Shown here one piece after another: positions 1-14,629 of a DNA stretch of 64,000 bases (the stretch's first letter is position 1; each line of letters starts with the position of its first letter). The position numbers and the translations under genes are program-made. Source of the stretch: Eledone cirrhosa (Eukaryota); assembly GCA_964016885.1 (NCBI GenBank), contig OZ024756.1, positions 32,426,001 to 32,490,000 on the forward strand. Direction: 5' to 3'. The notes beneath the pieces are model-generated. The model was not told the DNA's origin and ran no database searches. It was given only the letters and a program-made list of their open reading frames with translations.

Positions 1-430
1 CACTCGCACATCCACTACCAACACCACTACCATTTACACTCGTACAACCACTACCAACACCACTACCATTTACACCACCAAACATACTACTATTTACACT
101 CGCACAACCACTACCAACACCACTACCATTTACACCACCAAACATACTACCATTTACACTCGTACAACCACTACCAACACCACTACCATTTACACCACCA
201 AACATACTACTATTTACACTCGCACAACCACTACCAACACCACTACCATTTACCCCACCAAACATACTACTATTTACACTCGTACAACCACTACCAACAC
301 CACTACCATTTACACCACCAAACGTACTACCATTTACACTCGTACAGCCACTACCAACACCACTACCATTTACACCACCAAACATACCACTATTTACACT
401 CGTACAACCACTAGCAACACCACTACCATT
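1..430. repeat. 60-bp minisatellite, ~7 copies
   Basis: Unit CACTACCATTTACACCACCAAACATACTACTATTTACACTCGYACAACCACTACCAACAC recurs every 60 bp. Confidence 0.95.
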
Positions 431-780
431 CACGCTACTGCTATAGTTACTACTACTACTATAGATACACCACCAACACCACTTCTATTAACACTGCCAG
501 CAACACTACCAACACCACTGGCAACGCTACCATTGACACTATCGCACCATTGGCAACGCTAGAATTAACACTACCAACGCTAGAATTAACACTACCAACA
601 CTACCATTAACGCTAAGACTGCCATTAACGCCAAGACTACCATTAACACCAACACTATCATTAATAGTAACACCACCACCACTAGTAATACTACCATTAA
701 ATCTAACCATTACACCACTACCGTTAACACAACCAAAACCACATATACCAATACCATCAACACTACTAATTTTATCATTA

Positions 781-1510
781 AACACTAACAACAAAAAGGC
801 CTACAACACTAACAACAAAAAGGCCTACAACACTAACAACAAAAAGGCTTACAACACTAACAAAAAAAAGGCCTACAACACTAACAACAAAAAGGCCTAC
901 AACACTAACAACAATAAGGCCTACAACACTAACAACAAAAAGGCCTACAACACTAACAACAAAAAGGCCTACAACACTAACAACAAAAAGGCCTACAACA
1001 CTAACAACAAAAAGGCCTACAACACTAACAACAATAAGGCCTACAACACTAACAACAAAAAGGCCTTCAACACTAACAACAAAAGGCCTACAACACTAAC
1101 AACAAAAAAGCCTACAACACTAACAACAAAAAGGCCTACAACACTAACAACAAAAAGGCCTACAGCACTAACAACAAAAAGGCCTACAACACTAACAACA
1201 AAAAGGCCTACAACACTAACAACAAAAAGGCCTACAACACTAACAACAAAAAAGCCTGCAACACTAACAACAAAAAGGCCTACAACACTAACAACAAAAA
1301 GGCCTACAGCACTAACAACAAAAAGGCCTACAACACTAACAACAAAAAGGCCTACAACACTAACAACAAAAAGGCCTACAACACTAACAACAAAAAGGCC
1401 TACAACACTAACAACAAAAAGGCCTACAACACTAACAACAAAAAGGCCTACAACACTAACAACAAAAAGGCCTACTGCACTAACAACAAAAAGGCCTACA
1501 ATACTAACAA
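781..1510. repeat. 24-bp minisatellite, ~30 copies
   Basis: Unit AACACTAACAACAAAAAGGCCTAC. One 23-bp unit near 1081 shifts the frame. Confidence 0.95.
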
Positions 1511-1999
1511 GACCAACATCACTACCAGCAACACTACCAATAACACGAATAGTACCACAAATAAGCCTCCACCAAATTCAACAGCCACAACACCCCGAAC
1601 AAGATCACCAACTTTACTAACACTACCATTAACATTACTAATACCACAACGAAAACCAGCAACATTATCATTAACACTACCACCAACACTACCAACACTA
1701 CTGAAATCCCTTACAAAACCTTTAAAACTACCACCAATAGCATTAACTATCAAATGACCGTCAACCCCATTAAAACTACCACCCATACCATTGACACTAT
1801 CGATAATATCCCAGCACTACCACCAACATCACTAATACTACCATTAATATTGCTAGCACTACCATCAACCCCATTAAAACCGACCACCAACCCAATTAAA
1901 GCCCACCATCACACCAACACCATTAAAAACTACAAACCAACACCATTAAAAACTACAAACCAGTACCATTAAAAACCACCACCAACGACATTAAAAACT

Positions 2000-4850
2000 A
2001 CCACCAACACCACTAATACTACCATTAATACTACTAGTACCACCACCAACACCACTAATACTACTAGTACCACCACCAACAGCGATAATGCTACCATTAA
2101 TACTACTAGTACCACCACCAACACCACTAATACTACCATTAATACTACTAGCACTACCACCAACACCACTAATACTACCATTAATACTACTAGTACCACC
2201 ACCAACACCACTAATACTACCATTAATACTACTAGTACTACCACCAACACCACTAATACTACCATTAATACTACTAGCACTACCACCAACACCACTAATA
2301 CTACCATTAATACTACTAGCACTAACACCAACGCACTAATACTACCATTAATACTACTAGCACTACCACCAACACCACTAATACTACCATTAATACTACT
2401 AGCACTAGCACCAACACCACTAATACTACCATTAATACTACTAGCACTAACACCAACGCACTAATACTACCATTAATACTACTAGCACTAGCACCAACAC
2501 CACTAATACTACCATTAATACTACTAGCACTACCACCAACACCACTAATACTACCATTAATACTACTAGCACTAACACCAACGCACTAATACTACCATTA
2601 ATACTACTAGCACTACCACCAACACCACTAATACTACCATTAATACTACTAGCACTAGCACCAACACCACTAATACTACCATTAATACTACTAGTACCAC
2701 CACCAACACCACTAATACTGCCATTAATACTACTAGCACTACCACCAACACCACTAATACTACCATTAATACTACTAATACCACCACCAACACCACTAAT
2801 ACTACCATTAATACTACTAGTACCACCACCAACACCACTAATACTACCATTAATACTACTAGTACCACCACCAACACCACTAATACTGCCATTAATACTA
2901 CTAGCACTACCACCAACACCACTAATACTACCATTAATACTACTAATACCACCACCAACACCACTAATACTACCATTAATACTACTAGCACTACCACCAA
3001 CACCACTAATACTACCATTAATACTACTAATACCACCACCAACACCACTAATACTACCATTAATACTACTAGCACTACCACCAACACCACTAATACTACC
3101 ATTAATACTACTAATACCACCACCAACACCACTAATACTACCATTAATACTACTAGCACTACCACCAACACCACTAATACTACCATTAATACTACTAGTA
3201 CCACCACCAACACCACTAATACTACCATTAATACTACTAATACCACCACCAACACCACTAATACTACCATTAATACTACTAGCACTACCACCAACACCAC
3301 TAATACTACCATTAATACTACTAGTACCACCACCAACACCACTAATACTACCATTAATACTACTAGCACTACCACCAACACCACTAATACTACCATTAAT
3401 ACTACTAATACCACCACCAACACCACTAATACTACCATTAATACTACTAGCACTAGCACCAACACCACTAATACTACCATTAATACTACTAGCACTACCA
3501 CCAACACCACTAATACTACCATTAATACTACTAGTACCACCACCAACACCACTAATACTACCATTAATACTACTAGCACTACCACCAACACCACTAATAC
3601 TACCATTAATACTACTAATACCACCACCAACACCACTAATACTACCATTAATACTACTAGCACTACCACCAACACCACTAATACTACCATTAATACTACT
3701 AGTACCACCACCAACACCACTAATACTACCATTAATACTACTAGTACCACCACCAACACCACTAATACTACCATTAATACTACTAATACCACCACCAACA
3801 CCACTAATACTACCATTAATACTACTAGCACTACCACCAACACCACTAATACTACCATTAATACTACTAGTACCACCACCAACACCACTAATACTACCAT
3901 TAATACTACTAGTACCACCACCAACACCACTAATACTACCATTAATACTACTAATACCACCACCAACACCACTAATACTACCATTAATACTACTAGTACC
4001 ACCACCAACACCACTAATACTACCATTAATACTACTAGCACTACCACCAACACCACTAATACTACCATTAATACTACTAATACCACCACCAACACCACTA
4101 ATACTACCATTAATACTACTAGCACTACCACCAACACCACTAATACTACCATTAATACTACTAGTACCACCACCAACACCACTAATACTACCATTAATAC
4201 TACTAGCACTACCACCAACACCACTAATACTACCATTAATACTACTAGTACTACCACCAACACCACTAATACTACCATTAATACTACTAATACCACCACC
4301 AACACCACTAATACTACCATTAATACTACTAGCACTAGCACCAACACCACTAATACTACCATTAATACTACTAGCACTACCACCAACACCACTAATACTA
4401 CCATTAATACTACTAGCACTACCACCAACACCACTAATACTACCATTAATACTACTAATACCACCACCAACACCACTAATACTACCATTAATACTACTAG
4501 TACTACCACCAACACCACTAATACTACCATTAATACTACTAGCACTACCACCAACACCACTAATACTACCATTAATACTACTAGCACTAACACCAACGCA
4601 CTAATACTACCATTAATACTACTAGCACTACCACCAACACCACTAATACTACCATTAATACTACTAGCACTAACACCAACGCACTAATACTACCATTAAT
4701 ACTACTAGCACTAGCACCAACACCACTGATACTACCATTAATACTACTAGCACTAGCACCAACACCACTAATACTACCATTAATACTACTAGCACTAGCA
4801 CCACTAATACTACCATTAATACTACTAGCACTACCACTAACACCACCAAC
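2000..4850. repeat. 42-bp minisatellite, ~65-68 copies
   Basis: Unit ACCACCAACACCACTAATACTACCATTAATACTACTAGCACT. A 41-bp variant (AACACCAACGCACT) occurs near 2325, 2450, 2575, 4590 and 4670. Confidence 0.95.
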
Positions 4851-5110
4851 ACCACCCCTGTACCACCACACACCAGCACTAACCTCAATGCTATTGCTAC
4901 ATGAAACAATATAAACAAAGTTAGGAGTTCACACGTGTGAGCATACACATAAACACTCACACATAAACACTCACACATATACACGACTACACATATACCC
5001 GACTACACATACATATATACAGACAATCAACTTCATAAATACAGACTAAAATATAACACACACATATAAATGTACACACATATGCCCCCCCACACACACA
5101 CACACGCACC

Positions 5111-5149
<39 letters not shown>

Positions 5150-5155
<6 letters not shown>

Positions 5156-5198
5156 CCTTATCGAGCCCTCTTTGGATTTTAGTCTTCAAATTCATTAT

Positions 5199-5201
<3 letters not shown>
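5150..5201 (+). mobile_element. Tail fragment of family G (see 49088-49596)
   Basis: ATTTATCCTTATCGAGCCCTCTTTGGATTTTAGTCTTCAAAT matches ~49244-49286 and is flanked by (TA)n. Confidence 0.8.
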
Positions 5202-5234
<33 letters not shown>

Positions 5235-5321
5235 CTCGAAAGGTCGGAAAATACACAAACATCGGCGTCTCCCACACTCTCTCCATCCATATATAATATA
5301 ATATAATATAATATAATATAA

Positions 5322-5413
5322 TTGTTTCTACTTTGGGCACAAGGCCAGCAATTAACCAGTGTATTACTGGTAGTTTATTTTATCGACCCCATAAGGATGA
5401 AAGGCAAAGTTAA
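5322..5413 (-). mobile_element. tRNA-derived SINE, 3' half
   Basis: Reverse complement of the SINE body and tail seen in full at 9357-9548. Confidence 0.9.
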
Positions 5414-5519
5414 TATAATATAATATAATATATATATATATATATACCAAACACCTTTGTCGACCTTACTATATATATATATATATATATATTGCAAACT
5501 TGACTGTCACCACACATTA

Positions 5520-5558
5520 TGAACCTGAAGATTGCGAAAGCATGAAATTACTTGTTCA
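5520..5558 (+). ncRNA. Minimal type-I hammerhead ribozyme motif (PLE-like)
   Basis: TGAAC-CTGAAGA-T-TGC-GAAA-GCA-T-GAAA-TTAC-TT^GTTCA: 5-bp stem I, intact core boxes, GNRA-capped stem II, 1-bp stem III. Confidence 0.7.
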
Positions 5559-5696
5559 ATTAACACTTAACATTTAATATTCTACCATACTATTTCATTC
5601 TAATACCATTATAAATTTTAAAGGATTGTAAATAAAACGAGTAAAATCAGAAAAAGTTGGAATTCCTTTTATTAATATAATCATACACATCCGCGT

Positions 5697-5955
<259 letters not shown>

Positions 5956-6040
5956 TTCATCGCAGAATCTAACTTATACTGTGTTTCTTACATCTACCAC
6001 TTTTCTTTCCTTCTGTGTATATACATATTTACCACGCACA

Positions 6041-6079
<39 letters not shown>

Positions 6080-6180
6080 ATATATATATACATACATACA
6101 CATGTATTGAGGATTAATAAATGTACTAAAACTTTATCTTTATATATATACATATATACACACACACATAACAGATACTC

Positions 6181-6248
<68 letters not shown>

Positions 6249-6260
6249 ACACACCAGATA

Positions 6261-6327
<67 letters not shown>

Positions 6328-6401
6328 TCATGCATGTATTTAAGGTTATTAAATGAAATAAAACTTAATCTAATCTTTATATATATATATAAATATATAT
6401 A

Positions 6402-6442
<41 letters not shown>

Positions 6443-6464
6443 ATACACACGTGCACACAGAAAC

Positions 6465-6509
<45 letters not shown>

Positions 6510-7360
6510 AATACAAATATATACAGAAACACACACACAAACACACATACATATAGGCACACATGGTCACACATACAGGCCCACACATACAAACACACAG
6601 ACACATTAACACTCATATTTGCATGCAACAAGCATCAAGCATCCGCAACAAGCGCTTCTCGCATCTATTCAGTCTCTCTCTCTCTCTCTCTCTCACTCTC
6701 TCTCACTCACTCTGTCTCACTCTCTCTCGTTTTCTATCACTCTTTCAGTCTCTCTATCTCACTCTGTGTCTCCCAGCCACAAGTCTGCTATTCTATAGTG
6801 TACTGTACTGTTCTGCTCTGCTCCGTCGTTCTTGTTCGGTGCTATATTCTATACTGTATATTCTGTAATTCTGTCTCTCTCTATATATATTCCATAATTC
6901 TCTATATTCTCAGTATTCTTTCTTCCTCCTTTTCTTCTTCTTCTTCTTCTTCTTCTTCTTCTTCTTCTTCTTCTTCTTCTCCATCATTTATTTATTTCTT
7001 CTTCTTTATCGTCTTCATAGATAAACATACACAAACATCTTTCGTGTGTGTTTCTGGATTTTCTCAAAGCACCGTTTCCAAACAAGCAGCAACAAGCACA
7101 CAACTACAAAACAACCACAACCACCACTACTACCACCAACTGCTACACCTTTACGTTTTACTTTTCCCTTCTTCTCCTACTCTTTCCGCTCATATACTCA
7201 CCCCCTGCCCCACCCCCCTTTTCTGAAGCATCCTCAGCCTCCTCATCCTTCCGTTGCTACCACATGACAGTCACATGACCTATCTACTTTAGAGTTCGGT
7301 TCTATTTAACGGTTTGTAAGAAAAAGTTTTCACGGCTAAGCTTAAAACTAAGTGATCACG

Positions 7361-7430
7361 ATGATGGGTTTGTTAAAAGTTGGACAATTTGTAATATTCC
7401 TGGCGTTGACTCAAATCAACATATTTTCGG
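7361..7430 (+). CDS. Candidate first coding exon encoding a signal-peptide-like N-terminus
   Basis: ATGATGG...TCG G|GTGAGT gives MMGLLKVGQFVIFLALTQINIFS+G. Consensus donor, phase 1, unique sequence downstream of CT/TTC-rich DNA. No homology recognised. Confidence 0.5.
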
Positions 7431-7528
7431 GTGAGTTAAATAATATTATTATTGTGAAAAAAAAAAAAAATTAATAAATATTTAAAATTTTTTTCGGAAT
7501 TTTTTTTCTATTTTTTATTAAATATAAA

Positions 7529-7560
<32 letters not shown>

Positions 7561-7732
7561 TTTCCCTCAAAATAATTCAGTTTTGATTCAATTTAAAATT
7601 TTCCTCGGCATATTTTCATTTTTTTCGTCCCAATATATATAAAATAAATTATATCTTTGTAAAAGGTCCTTTAAATTAATTTAGTATTTACTTTTTTTTT
7701 CTTGTTAAATTCAATTGTAACTCCTTCGATTG

Positions 7733-7950
7733 TTGGCAGAATCGTTAGGGCGCCAGAGTTATGGCCTTTTATTAAGGTTCTGAGTTCAAATCTTGTCGAA
7801 GTCAACTTTGCCTTTTATTCCTCAATGGTTGGGTGGGTGTTGGTTGGTCGATAAATAAAGCAGTCAAATACCAGGGTAGATATAATCTACTCTCCTCCCG
7901 TCCCCCACCCAGTACAAACTGCTAGCATTGTGCTTTAGTTAGAAAACAAT
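7733..7950 (+). mobile_element. Diverged tRNA-derived SINE
   Basis: TTGGCAGAATCGTTAG A-box, GAGTTCAAATC B-box, degenerate GTCAACTTTGCC...GTCGATAAATAAAG body. Confidence 0.75.
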
Positions 7951-8261
7951 AATTTTTTTTATTCATATTTTAATTTTTGCTGAGTTTTAGTTTATTATTT
8001 TTTTATGTGAAACTTTTTTTCTTAGAATTTAGAAGAGTGGAGGGGTGGAGGTTAGCCTGGGGTGGGGACTAGCCTGGGGTGGGGGCTAGCCTAAGACGAA
8101 AATAATTATAAGCTTTTGTGTGTGTGTTTTGTTAGGGAGTAACACTAAATAAACAAAAATAAACAAATTTTAAAATAAGAAAAGTTATCAGCAAGTATGA
8201 ACGGATAAGGAAAAAGGTACTCCCGTCCTTCACCAACCCCCCGATAATAATAAGAATAATT

Positions 8262-8732
8262 AATGATTTCTGATTTAGGCCAAAGGCCAGCAATTTACGG
8301 AAGATGCGTTGATCAAATCGACCCAGTATTTTACTGGTACTATATTAATAAAGTACTGCATTGGATATAATCGACTTTAATGATAATACATGTTTCTGAT
8401 TTAGGCACAAGGTCAACGATTTTGGGGGGACGGGAAAGTCAATTAAATCGACACCAGTGCATTACTGGTACTGTATTTTATCGAGCCCCCTAAGGATGAA
8501 AGGCAAAGCTAACCTTGGCGGAATAATAAAAATAATGGGTTATGATTTAAGACAAGGACAACAAGTTTGGTGGGGAGGGGAAGTGAATTAAGTCGACCTC
8601 ACTGCATTACTGGTACTGTATTTTATCAACCCCCTAAGGATGAAAGGCAGAGCAAATCTCCGCCTAATAACAATAATTAAAAATAATAATAATAATAATA
8701 ATGATTTCTACTATGGGCACAAGGCCAGCAGT
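8262..8732 (-). mobile_element. Cluster of four truncated SINE 3' portions
   Basis: Repeated GATTTAGGCACAAGG...CCAGTGCATTACTGGTAC...TAAGGATGAAAGGCA units separated by (AAT)n. Confidence 0.8.
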
Positions 8733-8917
8733 AATAATAATAGATTAATTACATTTTTATTTTTAATAAACGTAACATAATACCGTACTCCAGCTCGGAC
8801 GTAGACAAATCACTGACATCAGTACAAAATTAAATAATTTATCAAAGATTTAGTTTCTTGTTTTTGTGCTTCGTGTGTCGTGTTTTTTATTTTTTATTTT
8901 CATAATATCATTATGAT

Positions 8918-9062
8918 TCTGAGTTCAAATCCCGCCGAGGTTAACTTTGCCTTTCATCCTTAATGGGTCGATAAAATAAAGTACCAGTAATGCACTGGTG
9001 TCGATTTAATCGACTTTAACCTCCCCTAAATTGCGGGGCTTGTGCTTAAATCACAAACCATT
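8918..9062 (+). mobile_element. tRNA-derived SINE, 5'-truncated
   Basis: TCTGAGTTCAAATCCCGCCGAGGTTAACTTTGCCTTTCATCC...GTCGATAAAATAAAGTACCAG. Confidence 0.9.
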
Positions 9063-9314
9063 ATTAATAAAAGAAATCATTATTGTCATTATTATTATTC
9101 GTTCAAATCTCACCTCTAGAAAATAACTATAGTCCTGAGAAAATAAAGTCCCTATACATTATTAGGGGCGCATTAAATCGATTTTGCTTTGCCTCCCTCA
9201 ACATTGCTGCCCCGGGGATTAAGTAAGAAACGCACTAGTTTAATACGGAGGTCGATTTAATCGACAAACACAATTCCCCCCCCCCCTCTAAAACTGCTGG
9301 CCATGTACCCCAAC

Positions 9315-9355
<41 letters not shown>

Positions 9356-9356
9356 G

Positions 9357-9548
9357 GGCAGTGGATTGGCAGTATCGGTAGAGGGTAAGACGCCATGCTT
9401 TGCAGCATAGAGTGACGGCCCTTTATGATCTGAGTTCAAATCCCGCCGAGGTTAACTACGCCTTTCATCCTTACGGGGGTCGATAAAATAAAGTACCAGT
9501 AATGCACTGTTATAATTGCTGGCCTTGTGCCAAAAGTAGAATCAATTA
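9357..9548 (+). mobile_element. Full-length tRNA-derived SINE (~190 bp)
   Basis: A-box TGGCAGTATCGGTAGAG, B-box GAGTTCAAATCCC, conserved centre GCCTTTCATCCTTACGGGGTCGATAAAATAAAGTACCAG (Meta/MESC-like by recall only), tail GCTGGCCTTGTGCCAAAAGTAGAA then (ATT)n. Confidence 0.92.
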
Positions 9549-9719
9549 TTATTGTTATTATTATACCAGTCACACACTGGTGTCGATTTAATTGACATCC
9601 CCTCCCCCAAATTGCTGGCCTTGTGCCTAAATCAGAAACCATTATCATTATTATAGTTACCTTTGTTGCTCTTACCTGTAATTTACTTTTAATACAGTTT
9701 TTCACTTATATACACATAT

Positions 9720-10320
9720 ATCTCTCTCCCCTCTCTCTCCTCTATCTCTCTCTCCAGCTCTATCTCTCCTCTCTCTCTCTCCTCTATCTCTCTGTCCTCT
9801 ATCTCTCTCCTCCCTCTCCCTCCTCTCTCTCTCTCCTCTATCTCTCTCCTCAATCTATCTCTCTCTCTCTCTCTTTCTCTCTCCTCCCCCTCTCTCCTCT
9901 CTCTCTCTTCTCTCTCTGTCCTCTCTCTCTCCTCTATCTCTCTCTCCAGCTCTATCTCTCATCCCTCTCTCTCCTCTCTCTCTCCTCTATCTCTCTCCTC
10001 TCTCTCTCCTCTATCTCTCTCTCCTCTCTCTCTCCTCTATCTCTCTCTCCAGCTCTATCTCTCATCCCTCTCTCTCCTCTATCTCTCTGTCCTCTATCTC
10101 TCTGTCCTCTATCTCTCTCCTCCCTCTCCCTCCTCTCTCTCTCCTCTCTCTCTCTCCTCCCTCTCCCTCCTCTCTCTCTCTCCTCTATCTCTCTTCTCTC
10201 TCTGTCCTCTCTCTCTCCCCTCTATATCTCTGTCCCCTCTCTATCTCCCCTCTCTCTGTCCCCTCTCTATATCCCCTCTCTCTGTCATCTCTCTCTCTCT
10301 CCTTTCTTTCTCTCTTTCAC
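9720..10320. repeat. CT-rich polypyrimidine low-complexity tract
   Basis: Degenerate (CT)n/(CTCTAT)n. Confidence 0.9.
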
Positions 10321-10387
10321 GGGGAAATATTTTTGCTTCAAATTTTTCTTTATAAATATAAATATATATATATAAATATAAATATAT

Positions 10388-10446
<59 letters not shown>

Positions 10447-10505
10447 AATATAAATAAATATATATATATATATAAATATAAATATATATATATATAAATA
10501 TAAAT

Positions 10506-10556
<51 letters not shown>

Positions 10557-10650
10557 AATATATATATATATAAATATAAATATATATATTTATATATATA
10601 GGTATGTGGATATCTACAAACACTGTGATATCTTTAATAGTACTTAAAAG

Positions 10651-10760
10651 TAATTGTTTCTACTTTTGGCACAAGGGCAGCAATAACCCCAGTGTATTAC
10701 TGGTACTTTATTTTATCAACCCCGTAAGGATGAAAGGCAAAGTTAACCTCGGCGGGATTT
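10651..10760 (-). mobile_element. SINE 3' half
   Basis: Matches the reverse complement of the SINE consensus. Confidence 0.9.
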
Positions 10761-10789
10761 GTACTTAATAGTACTTAAAAGTAGTATAT

Positions 10790-11280
10790 GTGTGTGTTTG
10801 TATGTGTATGGGTATGTATGCGTTTGTATGTGTGTGAGTGTACATGTAGATATGGGTGTATGTGCGTGTGTTTGTATGCATGTGTGTGTGTTTGTATGTG
10901 TATGGGTATGTGTGCGTTTGTATGTGTGTGTGTGTGTATGTGCGTGTGTATGTATGTATATGTGTGTGTTTGTATGTGTATGAGTATGTATGCGTCTGTA
11001 TGTGTGTGAGTGTGTATGTGCGTGTGTATGTATGTATATGTGTGTGTTTGTATGTGTATGAGTATGTATGCGTTTGTATGTGTGTGAGTGTGTATGTGCG
11101 TGTGTATGTATGTATATGTGTGTGTTTGTATGTGTATGAGTATGTATGCGTTTGTATGTGTGTGAGTGTGTATGTGCGTGTGTATGTATGTATATGTGTG
11201 TGTTTGTATGTGTATGAGTATGTATGCGTTTGTATGTGTGTGAGTGTGTATGTGCGTGTGTATGTATGTATATGTGTGTG
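10790..11280. repeat. 78-bp TG/TATG-rich minisatellite, ~6 copies
   Basis: 26-residue periodicity in the minus-strand ORF ([26 protein letters not shown]). Confidence 0.85.
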
Positions 11281-11520
11281 TTAGTTAGTATAATATATTG
11301 TGATAACAATAGATAGAACCATTCACTGTAGAATACAGGCCTCACTATTGTGGTAGAGTGTTATATATCTATTGCACTACCTTGCTATGACAATCACGAC
11401 ATATTGGATTGTTGACATATATAAGGTCAACTATCAACTCGGTGTTATATGTGTCTATCTATCTATCTGTATGCCTGAGTATATATATATATATATACTC
11501 TATATATAGAGAGAGAGAGA

Positions 11521-11584
11521 GATTCCTGATGATTTCTAATGAATGAAACAGTTCTAGTCCTGTAGAATCTCATCTATATTAAAA

Positions 11585-11586
<2 letters not shown>
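11521..11586 (+). mobile_element. Family B PLE-like fragment with hammerhead core boxes
   Basis: CCTGATGATTTC...GAATGAAACAGTTCTAGTCCTGTAGAA. The same family occurs at 17667, 59768, 62471 and 62575. Confidence 0.7.
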
Positions 11587-11628
<42 letters not shown>

Positions 11629-11629
11629 G

Positions 11630-11695
<66 letters not shown>

Positions 11696-11760
11696 GTATG
11701 TATATATATATATATATATATATACACATACATATTGTATGTATATATACATACATATTG

Positions 11761-11808
<48 letters not shown>

Positions 11809-11932
11809 ATATATATATACATATTGTATGTATATATATATACATACAATTTATATATATACATATTATATATATATATATATATATACATATTATATTA
11901 TATTAGAAAGTGAGGTTTATATATATACATAT

Positions 11933-11975
<43 letters not shown>

Positions 11976-12012
11976 TATATATATAATATGTAATGTAGTT
12001 ATATATATATAC

Positions 12013-12089
<77 letters not shown>

Positions 12090-12144
12090 TATACATATAC
12101 ATATATATGTGTGTGTGAGAAAAATAATCTCACATATATATCTA

Positions 12145-12179
<35 letters not shown>

Positions 12180-12183
<4 letters not shown>

Positions 12184-12390
12184 GAACCAGTAAGACCCCG
12201 ACAGCTGAGCTCAAGCCGTTTCGACGGCTAATTCTGGACTAAATGAACATTTAGTCCAGAATTAGCCGTCGAAGCGGCTTGAGCTCAGCTGTCGGGGTCT
12301 TACTGGTTCCTATTACCCACTCTACTACCTCAAGTATTGAGTACTTTGGTGCGTTATGGTCCACCTGGTTCCTTACCACATTTCCTTCGT

Positions 12391-12392
<2 letters not shown>
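12180..12392 (+). mobile_element. Family A PLE-like element with inverted 5' arm
   Basis: ~66-bp arms at 12180-12245 and 12248-12313 (2-nt loop), then an ~80-bp tail ending CTTCGTTA. Flanked by (TA)n. Confidence 0.85.
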
Positions 12393-12427
<35 letters not shown>

Positions 12428-12563
12428 ATATACATTCACATATATGCATAGCCAGATCAACCGGCTTAGTGGAATTTGTATAGTGTATATACAGATTCTG
12501 GACTGTAGGTATGTATACACACGTATGTTCATAAGTGTGTATATGTGTGTCTCTATATGTACC

Positions 12564-12643
<80 letters not shown>

Positions 12644-12723
12644 TACGCATATATAAATACATACACGTATGTGTGTGTATATATGTGCGTAAGTGCGTTT
12701 GTTTCTATACATATTGTCATATA

Positions 12724-12782
<59 letters not shown>

Positions 12783-12860
12783 TTATATGCGTGTGCGTGA
12801 TGTATGATATTGTGTCAACTGGCATTGTCCCGTATATGTATGTATAGGTATGTGTGTGTG

Positions 12861-12897
<37 letters not shown>

Positions 12898-13245
12898 ATA
12901 TGCATATGACTATACAAATGTCTGTGTGTGTTTATATAAATATATGTGTGTGTGTGTATGCATATACATGTATATCTGCGTATATATATATATATACACA
13001 TACATATGTGTATAGCTACGAGTCTGCGTGGGTGTTCCTCGGTGTATGTATATACGATGTTGTGTAGGTGCTTGCATATATATATATATATGCATGTACG
13101 AGTATTTGTTTGTCTATAGAGGTATGTGAGTGTGTGTTTGCCTTTCGCAGTTTGAACACATGCATGTGCGCGCCTTTATATATATATATATATATATATA
13201 TAGATAAATATACACGGGTGTGTATGATTGTGTATAGAAGATTAT

Positions 13246-13520
13246 ATTAATAAAAGGAATTCCAACTTTGTCTGATTTACTCGTTTTATTTACAATCCTT
13301 TAAAATTTATCATGGTATTATAATGGTATTCTACCCTTGCCATTCTGAGTTCAAATCCCGCCGAGGTTAACTTTACCTTTCACCCTTACGGGGTCGATAA
13401 AATAAAGTACCAGTAATACACTGGGTGTGTGCTGGCCTTGTGCCTAACGTAGAAACAATTATAAATTTTAAAGGATTGTAAATAAAACGAGTAAATCAGA
13501 CAAAGTTGAAATTCCTTTTA

Positions 13521-13525
<5 letters not shown>
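13246..13525. mobile_element. Composite: ~65-bp inverted arms enclosing a SINE (13333-13461, +)
   Basis: 13246-13310 is the reverse complement of 13460-13525. The same arm occurs alone at ~5601-5678. Confidence 0.85.
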
Positions 13526-13606
<81 letters not shown>

Positions 13607-14057
13607 AGAGTATTGAAGTTTGCTTGAAGCATTGTGGAATAATAGGGTATATGTATTTAAGTCGTTTGGAAGCCTCGACAATGCAGATGGGTAAATCTCC
13701 GGGTAACAAGATCCGGGGGTGGAGAGAGAGGTCTAAGTGAGTGTACGTTGAGCTGTGTGGCGTGTAGAAGACTGTAGGAGAAAAGAGCGTAAAGGATAAA
13801 CATAAAAATAACAGCACGAGATAGAGTTACCTTGGGTGAGATTTAATTGTCCCTATATATTTCGGACTCACATCCATCAACTGGGTTTTTTTTCGGGGTG
13901 GGGGGTGCTGGTGGAAGGTGGTCTGTCGGAAAGGTGCGAAACGTGTCCTCCGCTGTTCGTTGTTTTGAATATCATATATATATATGTATATATATATAGG
14001 GGAATATATATATATATATATATATATAGGAGAATATATATATATATATATATATAT

Positions 14058-14200
14058 ATAGGAGAAAGTATGATCCGACGAAACGGCTTGAGCTCTGCCG
14101 TCGGGGTCATACTTTCTCCTTTTACCCACTCTACTACCCTAAGTATTGAGTACTCTTGTGCGTTATGGTCCATCTGGTTCATTACCACAACTCCTTCGTT
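14058..14200 (+). mobile_element. Family A element with short inverted arm
   Basis: AGGAGAAAGTATGATCCGAC pairs with GTCGGGGTCATACTTTCTCCT. Contains GAAACGGC-TTGAGCTCT-GCCGTC and the tail. Confidence 0.85.
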
Positions 14201-14573
14201 ATATATATATATATTAGTAAAAAGGAAAAGAAAATGCTGACAAATTTTTCCCAGTGAAAAATAGTTTAAATATGAATAAGTATAAATTAGTAATAAGTAT
14301 TAGTTAGTATTCAATTTTAGTTTAAAGTTTTTACCGGTTGCGCATTTCTTATGCTTTTCAAAATAATTTTGTGATAGAGTGCTCGTGATTTTTGCTCTAC
14401 TATATATATAGTAATAATATATATGAAGTCTAAATTCCGAAGAGGGATCGATAAGGATTAATCTATAATCTGTTCTTATAATAAATATACAAACTATATA
14501 TATATATATATATAAATGAAAGTATAGAAATTATTGTGAGCGTGAAGCCAACAGTATTTCATAATATATAAGT

Positions 14574-14626
<53 letters not shown>

Positions 14627-14629
<3 letters not shown>

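Noticed and set aside
9357-9445. tRNA gene
   Set aside because: A and B boxes are present but there is no cloverleaf, and it is always fused to the SINE body.
13605-13975. TA-flanked repeat related to 35250-35350, with GAAACGTGTC
   Set aside because: Probably another PLE-like fragment, but no core box or coding signal supports a specific call.
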